Source: Hydrurus foetidus | Taxonomy: Eukaryota | Direction: 5' to 3' | DNA length: 64,000 nucleotides | Assembly: GCA_900617105.1 (NCBI GenBank) | Contig: UYFQ01000018.1 | Location: 1-64,000, forward strand | Shown here: piece by piece, positions 48,433 through 59,757 of the stretch | Numbering within the stretch: position 1 is the stretch's first letter | Layout: every line of letters starts with the position of its first letter | Made by a program: the position numbers and the translations under genes | Notes under the pieces: generated by a model | The model's database searches: none | What the model was told of the DNA's origin: nothing | The model's input: only the letters and a program-made list of their open reading frames with translations

Positions 48433-50056
48433 TCAAGACCGCTTGACGAGGGCCTTTGTGAAATCCGCTCGCGGAATGGCGGTCAGGGAGCCGACAATAT
48501 CGAGCAAGCGTTGCTTCGACTTGTCCTCCACTGACATGTGGCGAAATGCGCAGTCCTTCCCGAACTTGCACGCATACGGACGGCCGTCCTTATTCACCGC
48601 TCCCAATAGATGGCCTAGATGGCCGACGCACGGTCTTGAGCTCACCGCTTTCTTATCATCCGGCGGAGTCACGGTTGATGCGACCGATTTCTCCGCCTTG
48701 CAGACGATCGCCTCCTTCTTGGTAGGAGTCTTCTCCACTGAGAAAGAAACTAAAGGCCGGACGACCCGTAAACGGAAATAAGCCTCTCTCATTACCATCA
48801 GGGGATGGTTTGCAAGATCCGCTGCCATCTTACCAAAGATCGTCGTGAGATACGACGCGCATAGCTCAGGGGTCCTTAGCGAGAGGCCACCTAGCAAGGC
48901 TGGGCCTCTCACAGTCGACACCTCGCGAAAGAATCGCTTGAGGCTCAACTCCACGCAATACTTCAAGAAGTCGGATGGTACTAACTCCATAGGTCTGGAA
49001 ACCCCTTCCAGTTTATCGATGAAGTCATCCAGAGCCGTCCCAAATACGTCCGAGAAACAGACTTGCAAGACCATTTGGACATTCTTTAAAGCCGTCACCA
49101 GGCCCGCGTTGTTGGATGGGCAAGGTGACGGCTTGCTCGAGATTTTCTCCCCCGAGATAAAATCCTCCAAAAGCAGCGTGGGTTCGCCATTGTCAGTGAG
49201 GATTGAACCGACAAGTAGCAGTTTGAGTTTACCGTTCTCGCCGAGAACCGGTAGTTTCTCGATACGGTTCATAAGGCCGCACGAGGTGAATGCGACGTGT
49301 CTGTCGAAGGCTTGCGTGTCCCCCTGCTCGTACAGCATCCCTCGATAATAGTCCGGTTGTAACGTGACGTCGGACCGAATACTGTAGTACTGCTTCGCCG
49401 CATCCATCATGCGATAAGTGCACCCCACATCCCTCTCTCGTTGGATCAGGTCAGCCTTGTTGCGAGTCGGATGCTCGCCTCCATCTAAGTCTACGATGGA
49501 CATACCTTTTGTTTTGCCGGTCGTGTCTTCGCCCTGCTCACCCCCCCTCCAGTGGGCGAAGGCAGGGGCGCTTCGCTGATGCTGTCCCAACCGCACTTCC
49601 ACCCGCAGGCTCTAACGACGCCCTCAAAACTTGCACTAGGCGCGGTTGAGCCACCAAGTAGTGGCTCAGTGACGGGAAACGCAGGAGAGCTCCGATCGGT
49701 ATGGGCCGATCCACGGTACCCGCCGAAAAGTTACAGCAGTGACCATATGTCATCCGGGCATGCGGTTTCTCGTGCACCTGGAAAAACATCGACTTGCACG
49801 ATGCAAGGAAGGAAAAGTTCAGCGCCTGGTTCTCCAGTGGTTTGTCCAGAGGGATCATCACCACCGAGTTGGCCGGAACGTCTGCAGCCGGGACCGAGGT
49901 GGCCATTTGCATGGCGTAATACTCGCCTTCGTCATCAGTGTGACCCGCCACGATCGACGCGGCATTCTCCAATGCGTGCATCATTGCACCGGTGGCCAGC
50001 GGGTACGCTGGGATCATCACACCACCGATTACGACAGGGGAATCAGTACCTGACAT
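48433..50056 (-). CDS. ORF1/gag-like protein with a C-terminal CCCH-type zinc finger; split by a +1 shift at a G7 run (49541-49547)
   Basis: ATG at 50056 lies 4 nt after A1, and the two overlapping ORFs join at the homopolymer. Zinc finger is C-x19-C-x5-C-x3-H (CVGH...ACKFGKDCAFRH). Confidence 0.7.
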
Positions 50057-50059
50057 TGC

Positions 50060-50385
50060 TAATAAAATGCGTTGCACTAGATAGCTAAGGTTAATCAAAT
50101 GATTATGTGATAACACTCTCAACGAAGCGTGTCGACTACGAGCATGCGCCCTAAATTAATAATTCGAAAAAGGGCTAAATAATTATTCGAAAAGGTTTAA
50201 TGATACTGCAACAATTAGGGGACTTGTTCCCGCTGCGTGTCAATCCAACGCTGTCATCGTCATCGTCCCCGTCCCGTCCCTCGGTATCTCCCCTCCGCCG
50301 CCGTCCCTATGGGGACCGGCACCGGTCAGCGGCCTTAGCTCCTAGCTGCTCCAGAGAACCCATACTACCGTCCGGTATCCTTTAA
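50060..50385 (-). repeat. Split direct repeat A1 (element 5' end)
   Basis: Matches 43706-44034 except for one substitution and three homopolymer-length differences. Confidence 0.95.
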
Positions 50386-50470
50386 CAATCGTTACGACGA
50401 AATCTGCATTCCAGTGAGTGTCATGAAGTTGCACTACCCGAGCAATCGTTACGACGAAATCTGCATTCCA
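50386..50470. repeat. Y-X-Y flank: 28-bp Y (50386-50413, 50443-50470) and 29-bp X (50414-50442, also at 43340-43368)
   Basis: X = gtgagtgtcatgaagttgcactacccgag; Y = caatcgttacgacgaaatctgcattcca; the copies are exact. Confidence 0.95.
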
Positions 50471-51403
50471 TGTTGTATCAGTGTTTCAATGGAGGATGAT
50501 TTATACTTCATACTTTTACTCTAGCTAATCCGTGCGCTTTACGATTTTCAGTATACATTATCGCTAGAAACACACGCTTCTCAGAATATTCTTGAAGGAG
50601 TAAAGAAGTAGAATTATCTGACTACATTTGTTAGCATCGCTCTTATTATACCGCTCTACCAGTTTTCAGTTTTATCTCCGGTTAATCCTACGGATAACTT
50701 TGAAAGCGTCTATTGACTATCACCAGTAATGATTCTACTAGTCAGCTAGTACTAGGAGCCCGATAGTGCCTGAACACTTCGAAAGCACGATAAAGTATCT
50801 ACTCTTTTCCCGTTTGAGTAGAAGTGTGATACAGGGTGGACCGCGAACACCGCGGAATCTAATTCCCCAAATAGATATGGGGTCACTGGAAAGTTGAAAC
50901 TGCTTGTGCTGGAAGAGCATGACAACGCTTCCACATCACTGGTGACACGAAAGTTTTTGAGCGGCCAAATTGGGATAGAACAGTTGAACATGCTTCTGTA
51001 GCTGGAGATAAGTGAATGTCGTGCTACTTCTGAAACCGGGTAAGAAATATTCCCCAACCCAACCTCGCGACCCTTCGTGTATGATTGAAAGGTTTTCTCA
51101 TGCAATGAGTGAGGAACCTATCGAAAATTTTCGCACAAGTAAAAGCTCATAGCAGACTGAAAACCGCTCGGTCCTTTTCAGCCGTGACATAGTGCTGTAG
51201 GCATCCGCCGTAAACTCATAGCAGACTGTCGCTCGCCTGCGTGACATTGGTAGTCAGGATGCAGAGCTTCCGCATCATTCTTCTGAAGTGGAAATCCTTC
51301 CACTGATGTTTTCATATTGTTGAGCGGTCTGCTGGAGGAACACAGCTCAGCATTGAACAAACTTACTTTACTTCCTTTCGATTGTGATTGAGTCACTGTT
51401 GTA

Positions 51404-54400
51404 ATGGGAAGGGACAAAGCTCCCAAACCTGTGGCAGCAGCAGAAGTGAAGGCTGAAGTAATAATAGGCCTTGATGGGAGACCACAGAGGCCTCCACGTG
51501 GTAAGTTACTCCTTCAGTAAAATGAAAAACAATAATTTTCTGGAATTGCTTACATCATGCTGGGTCACATGCTGTGCATATAGCGAAACCATTTAGGCGG
51601 GGGATTTAGTGTTTGCAATCTTTTTCCTCAATCAATTGTCTATTTACGCAATGTCTCCTCTGGTACTGTCTTCGATTGCCTTCGTATTTGTGAAGCGTTG
51701 CTGATGAGATATCAGCACAGTATAAAATTCCTCATTCCCCGTTCTGCAGGACATAAACAGAGAGGTGCTGGAACGATTATCACAGCGAAGGCTCCTATCG
51801 TGACAGGCGATGGAATTGTTCTGAAGATACATGAGAGATTGCCCTCGCAGCTTCTGCAAGAATTCTGCCAGAAGGAAAAGAGGCCGGGTCCTAAGTATTT
51901 CCCGGAACCTCCTGGTCACAGGTATATTCATGCTGCTGCTCTCTTCCAGACGAAATAATGATGGGTCTCATTTCATTTCATTTCATTTCATTTCATTTAT
52001 AGAATTACATTTGTAATGCTTTTTAATATGTTCGAACATAGAGATGAGTTGAATTATATCACATGCATCATTAGATCTCTTATTACATTTCTTCACGACT
52101 CTCTCGTGAATTTTAGTCCCTCACATGCTGAGGCACTCAAAATATGCACATCTCATACGATAGCCAAGCACTTTTATCTAACCGTTTGCTGCACTACTTT
52201 TTCTCAAATATCAAGAATGAAAGTCGTACTGGAGGATGCAAAAAATGTAAAAAATAATTTGGAATTCTGTCCCACCCAAGTTTTTGATTCTGATCGACTT
52301 GCCAAAGATTACGTGGCACTACTAGCGTTGTGGCATTTTCAGAAAACACTACCATTAGAAAGGTATTGATATCTATCATTTCGTGTATTTAATAACACTA
52401 TCATTTTAGCTCGTTTCATGTACAACTATTTTGCGCTTTCTGTATCTATCGTTTTTGTACATTTTAAAAGCGTTTTTATTTGTGCTCTTCATGCGTATGA
52501 CTTTCATGGATTAACACTTCAATTTTTTTCATTTCTTAAATTTGAAACAGAATTTCTCATCATACTATTTTATGAACAAAAATGTTGCGCTGCACTTTCA
52601 TGAATACTATGCATATTTGAACAGAAAACTTCCAGAGCCTTTCGCAGCTACATGGATTCAAATGACAAACGAAGAAAAAGAAAAAAACGGCTCAGCTTCA
52701 ACTTCAACATCTTTTAAAAGTAAAAAATCAGTGATGTCTTCCCAAAGCAATACGGTCAAAGAAAATGAAAATGAAAAATTGAAAGAAGTGGCGGAATTAC
52801 CGAATTCGAAAATGTCCGGAGATAGTCCAGTAGACACAGATTTATGTGCTAAAGTCATCGATTTAGGTTTATCGAAGACGAATGATATTGAAGATCAAGG
52901 GAATGAAATAAGTGAAACAAATAAATATGATTTTATACAAAAAAATAAAGATAATATACAGAAGAAAAAAAGTAGTGCAGAAAAAGAAAAGGAAAGTGTA
53001 TTAGATAAAGCAACAAGCGATTGGATATGTGATGATTGTAACGCCCAAAATTTCGCCAAATTACTGAGTGGTTTATTGCGATTAAAGTGTTTCAAATGTC
53101 AGTCGCCTAGAGGGTCATCTACGCAATTAGTACTCTCTGTAGCGGAGGTAATTTGATTTGTAATGACTAGTTTTATCTGTCGATTGTATGATCTTTTATC
53201 AAATCATAAGAATGTGTAAGCATTTTGTTTGTAATTTTGTGTTTACACATCAAACGGGTGTTATCTTATTTTACGTTATTTCAATGTTACGAAGTATCTT
53301 TGTTCGTGTTATTGCGTTTATAACTATTTTTGCTTCTGTTTTTCCTCGATGCTATGCCTTCTTCGTTTTTAATCACTATTCGCTTCATTTCGAAATTCAT
53401 ATTTTACTGCCAGTATGATTTGATTTGATTTTATTTTATTTTATTCTATTTTTTTTATTTTTTTTTATTTGATGCACTTTGATGCTGGACCGATACTTGC
53501 ATGTGCTGCATCCATTACACCCGCTATCACCAACACACGCATTTCTACAGTATTGCATCTAAAAAACATGCACATCTTCATTTACTTATTTAGGTGGATT
53601 CGATAAATCTGAAGAATTCCTTACTGCCTAAAAAGTCCCCTCCAACAGCAGTACTAAATTTGAAAAACAATACAGTCATAATATCACAGGAAGAAATAGA
53701 GAAAAAAATAAAAGAAGAAAGTATTGTCAGAAGACAAATAGCATATAATGAAGAACTTAAAAAAGCTAATAAACCAACTAGTGTTTTTTTAAGTGCGTAT
53801 ATCAGAATGATTTTAGAAGATGCTCTAGGAATTATTTCCGTGAAAAATGATAAAAATGAAAATGGTAAAAAAGATGGTAATTTCAATGATGATAATGATG
53901 AAATATATTTTCAAAATCAGTTAAAATCACTTCTACGGAGTATAGAATCTTCCGGTGTAAATTACGATTCTGGTGTTGTTTCCGAATTACAAGATTTGTC
54001 TTCTCAAAAACAATCAGAATCCGTACATAATGTAATCCGTGATTTACGGAAACAAGGATTTCAGAATTCTGTTATATCTCAATCTTTGAATTCAATAATA
54101 AAAACGAAAAAATTAGACGATAAAATGGTATTATACTACAACAAAAAACAAGAAATGAATATTGATGTATTACAATTCTTAGTTTATGAATTGTGCATCG
54201 AATTTATTTGTTTGAATATTGATGACTGCGATTTACCGACTGCTTTCGACCCGAGAAAAAATGAACAAAGAGAAACACTGGAATTTTACAAGAAAACATT
54301 CATAGCAGAAAATAAAAAAGAAATACTATTAGATGATAACAAAAGTAAAAAAAGCGATGTAAATAGCAATGATAAAATGTCAAATGATGGTAGTTACAAG

Positions 54401-57400
54401 AATTCAACTACAAATAATGTCATCAAAAGCAGTATCAGTACTAATAAGACAGATAACACTAAAATCCATTTGTCAAACTCCAACGCAACCTCCACACACA
54501 CACAACCCATATCTTATCCCCCCACACAACATCAACTCAATCTCTCCCTCCTTCCTGTACTCGACAATAAAGAGGATCTCGAACCTTTGATTCTAGAATA
54601 CGGATGGTCTACCAAACACTGTCACGTTGCACTTCAAATTGCGCGATACCTCCACACCACCTCAACCACTACCTCGAACACTACTGTGGATTTTATAAAG
54701 GGCCCCAAATCGGTTCCGGCCGACCTGGCCCCTGTTGGTGTGACAGCTGTGTGTGTGTTGTGGCTTGCAACAAAATGTCACAAGTTGGCGCAGACTCTAC
54801 CTCTTTCTGTACTTCAATCAGAATGTGCGGGACATACAGAGGAGGAAAGAGAGAAGGTGAAAGGTGCTGACCAGTTGATGAAGTCGATGAAAAGATTTTT
54901 AAGTTGTTATGGCGTGGTGTGTGTCAGTCAAAAGAAGAAACAGAGAAGTAACGGTGATAATACTCAAGTTGAAGTTGAAGTGGATGCATGGGAGGTGGAG
55001 GAAGAAGAGAGGCAGAGAGAAGATGATGTAAAAGACGAAATAGAATCACTGCAATCAATTTACGGTGACACAGTGAAATACACGAAAAAAGAAAATACCA
55101 ATAACACTCTGATAAATACTAAAAATACACAGCATAATACTAAATTTTCTCATTTTATTTCGATGGAATTACAGAGAGTAGAGGGCGAACATTCTGTGTG
55201 TAGTGTAAGTACGCATTTAGACGTGTACGTACTTCCTTTTATGGATTATCCTACGTGCGTTCCTGTAGCTTTAGTGCGAAATAGTGGGATCTCAGACCTA
55301 GATTCCAGTGGTAAATACGTAGATGTTAATACTAAATGCAACAGCGATTCAGGTAATAGAAATGAGTATAAAGATAATAAGAATGGAAATGGTGGTAGCA
55401 ACAATGATGATGTTCAAGACAAAGAAAGTGACGATCTAAAACACAGCGTCTTGCTGTCAATACAAATAAATATTTTGGCGAAAACAAAAGAATTAATTGG
55501 ATCTCCTTGTATCTTTCAGATAGCATCACATATCGAGGAAAATTTGAGTCAAATTGTTACGTCTATAGAAAATAAAAAAAGTGAGGAACAAGAAGATAAA
55601 GTGGATGGGAGAAATAGGTCTTCCTCTATATCTCATTTTCTTAATCTTTTCTTCTCTTGTGGTGTGATAGATAAAGATATTGAATCGATATTTAGTGCGG
55701 CAATCAATGATAGTAGTGATGATAATAATACTAACAATAAAAATGAAATAAAATCCACTTTAAATCAGAATGCTACCAGCACAGATGAAATGACAACAGA
55801 TAATAAGGAAAAAAATAAAAATGTAAAGGACATTGAATCCAATACTAATTCTGATAAAACATCAAACGAATCTTCTGTCACTAGCTCCTTCTCTACCTTG
55901 ACAAATTCCTCACCTTCAACCTCTACAAAGGCCTCTGAAACTATGAGTGAAATTACATCAAATTCTCAATCTATCAATGCTCGACTAAAAAAACAGAGCA
56001 AATCCTCTTTTTGGTCTTTGTCTGAAAACGGTAAAATGCCAAAAACACCGAAATCCTCTTTGTACATGAAAATGTTAGAGGGAAGAAAAAAACTTCCGGC
56101 CTGGCGATCACGGTAAAACAATATAAAATATTAATAACTTAAAGAGCGATTAATTTCATAACTATCAGATAAAGTTGTATACGTAAATCGTTATGATAGA
56201 TACAGAATACATTTATTTGGATATTCCGTTTCTAAGAAATGTACTTGTCTTTCCTTCATACGGATTATCACCGCAATCCAGTTCTCCATCTCATATTCTT
56301 AATACTCTATTTGATTTGTATCCCTTTAGGGAGGAATTCTTGGACCTGATAAATTCCAACCGTGCGATTGTTGTGACGGGAGAGACAGGGTGCGGAAAAA
56401 GTAAGATAACGAAAATTTAACAACTTCAATTTAATTATTTATTCATTCTTCTTGGAGTACCTCATTTTGTGAGGTGTTATTCAGGTGTTATCTATTTGTT
56501 GAATCTTCGACTATGCATTCGAAGATTATCTGTCCACCTGTGCGATTCACAATAACCCTCTCCCTAGCTATACGTCTCATTGCAGCTTTTTATTAAGCAT
56601 ACATTCATCTAATAGTACTATGTCCTGCCTCACTATATATCACTCATTTTATGCACTGTCTCACAACCTTTCCTGCAGCTACCCAGATACCCCAGTTCAT
56701 CAATGAGATGGACCCAGATGCAAAGATAGTCATTTGCCAACCGAGGTAAACACAGTGACTATAGTGCGTCTGTTGATTCCATATCTAACACTTGTAACTG
56801 TGCGTGCATTCATACAATTCATGACGGTGTTCTTCTACCTCCTCAATCATTTTCGCGCTCTGATGTTATAATGTAATAGACGACTTCCTATCTTTTTCCT
56901 TTCCTCCCTTTCTCTCTTAATTATTTTGTCTGCTCTACTTCACCTCTTTCTCTCTTCAATCCTTCCTCCCCCATTTCTTTCTCCCTCGTACTTTCCCCTC
57001 TTAGTGTCCTCCTCTTGTCACCTCCTTCAAATCTATTCTCTCTATCCCTCCATGCACACGCATATAAATACCAAATACTATTCACCCAAGTACCGCTCAA
57101 ACAGCACCAACCAATCTTATTTCTCCACGCCCCTTAATCTCTTTATCCGGCCCGACCCGGCCCGTCCCTCCCCCTGCCCCCATCAGACGGTTAGCAGCTG
57201 TGGGTGTCGCCACAAGGGTTGCTGAGGAGATGGCACAAACGACAGGTATTGTAAAAATATTACAATTAGATTGTGCTCTACGGATTGTTTGACACGTTGT
57301 CTGTCCTGTTATATGGATGTATTGCCTGTCGTGTTATAAATATGTTTTGTATGTCATCTGCAATATTGTATGAAAATATTGTATGTGAAGTTATACGGAT

Positions 57401-59690
57401 ATATTGAACTTCATCTGAAGGATTATACGGAATTCTGCAAAACCAATTCTGATACCGCATAAATCGCAATTCAATATCATCGGTGAAACAGGAGAGACGG
57501 TGGGGTACATGGTGAGAGGTGACAGCAAAGCATCAGCACGTACTCGGATTGTGTTCTGTACGTACGGAGTGCTTTTAAGACGACTGCAGGTAGGAGAAAA
57601 AATCTCTCACATCTATTCCCCTTCATTCTGTGTCAGCGAACTTCTGTTACTTTTCTTCCTCTCTTTGTCTCCACTTTCTTTCTTTCGTCCTGTCTGTCTG
57701 TCTGTCTCTATGTCTCTATGTCTGTCTGTCTCTATGTCTCTATGTCTGTCTATATGTCTTCCTTTCTATTCTCCTTCCTTCGCTCTCTTTTTCCTTTCTG
57801 ACTTTCTTGTCACTCCAATTTTTCTTCTTTGGTATTGTCACCTGATTTGGATTTGAACCGTTTACTGTATGGCTACACCTGCTACAATCTGAGTTGCAGG
57901 CACATTAAGAGTCACTGTCCCCTGTCGTGCTCTTTTTTTTCGTACGTACAAAAAATGAAAAACACACCCAAACCAAAAATCGCCACCCAAATTTCAATTC
58001 GCAATAAAATTACCAATTCCACGAATTGGGTCTCGAGTCGATGACCCTCGTGCTCACAGTAAAATTTTCTTGTAGACTGACCACAATTTGGGTTGAAAAT
58101 TTTTCGGGAAAATACTGTTTTCACGGAAAACGGTTTCAGAAATCGAATACGCCGGATAACATCCGAGCCAAATTGTAGTCAGTCTACAAGATCTATACAA
58201 AACGATTCAGAATCTTCTTTCCGATTGAAAAACAAAGCTAAATTGCAATTTTTTACGCGTTTTGAATATTGAGTGTAAGCAAAAAACACGTTTTGAGTGA
58301 GGAAAAGAGCACGGTTGGGGACAGTGACTCTTAAAAAGCAATAATAAATAGCAAGAACTATACCGTACTATCATCGCAATTTGATAAAGTACGAGCGATA
58401 ACGTTCTGTATACGTACTTGTATTTTACAGGATGATCCGGACATCACGGCTATTTCTTACGTTATACTGGACGAAGTTCACGGTAAAAAACATCTCATCT
58501 TTTTTGCAATTTATTATAATTTAGTTTATCACACTTTCTTTCATTCCTGTGAATGATATTCATATGCTATACGATAAGAATGGAGGCGCTATAATCAGTT
58601 TTCTTGTCGTGATTAGCCAATATCTTCCTCCCTCCTCTTCTACACTGCAAATATCGAAAATCTCTTTTTTCATCTTTTTTGTTACATCTATTTCATTTTT
58701 ATTTTCGTTTTACAGAAAGGGGATTGGACAGTGATTTCACACTCGCACTTCTAATGTCCGCTTTAAGCAGAAGAAAAAACTTGAAGATCATCTTAATGTC
58801 CGCGACAATATCAACAGACAAATTCGCGGCATATTTGGGAAATGCTTTAGCACCTCCTTCTTCTCTACCTTCTTCTCTACCTTCTTCTCTACCTTCTTTT
58901 TCGAGCGATGTCAGTCGAGGTAATCCTCATTCTGCATCACACAGTCATTACACAGAGTCGGAATATGGCATACAGTCTACACAATCTTCAAAACACCCCA
59001 CTCACGCGTACCCAAAATCAACTTCAATTTCGAATTTAACGGCGGCACCCGTAATGTTTATACCGGGATTTACATATCCGGTTACGGAATATTACAAAAA
59101 CGATTTCGAAGATCCCCTAAGGGGGAATGTTGATTTAAATGCATGGCGAAATCTAGATCCAGGATCTATGGAAGGGGTCCAAACGGATCCGCTAGGGGCC
59201 AGAATTGGAGGACAGAAAAGAGCGGGAGATATTGATTATGATTTGTTAGTGCGGCTAATTATCAAACTAAGCATCGGTGAGAATGACAAATTTAAAAACT
59301 ACGGAAAAGAAAAAGGAAGCCATAAGAATAGTGATGGAGGCGATAGAGATTGGGATGATGTCACCGTAGGGGGCAAAGAAGGGAGTCTAAAAGGAAATCG
59401 AGCCGATATGTTCGTCCGAGCAGAAGGGTCCATTTTAATATTTTTACCAGGCGTACCGGAAATAAATAAAACTATACGGCTACTTGAGTCTGTGTGGGGT
59501 GATATGGAATTACCACCTAGTTCTCCAAAACTGAAAATCATACCTTTGTAAGTTTTATTCTCTCTTCCGTTGAAATTTGTCGTATGCTATATCGTTGATT
59601 GATTTTTTCTCCTTTTGCTCTTTCTTTTCCTTTTCCTCCCTCTTTTTTATTTTCTTTCTTTCTTTCTTTCTTTTCTTTCTTTCTTTCTTT

Positions 59691-59757
<67 letters not shown>

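Larger units (their letters stand above)
43369..50385 (-). mobile_element. Tyrosine-recombinase retrotransposon (DIRS order, Ngaro/PAT-type split direct repeats), 7017 bp, decayed
   Basis: Order on the minus strand: A1, gag-like, RT, RNase H, YR, B1, A2, 58-bp spacer, B2. No integrase and no conventional LTRs. Confidence 0.93.

Noticed and set aside
44590..50088. Long plus-strand ORFs inside the retrotransposon
   Set aside because: Antisense to GC-rich gag, pol and YR; no motifs.
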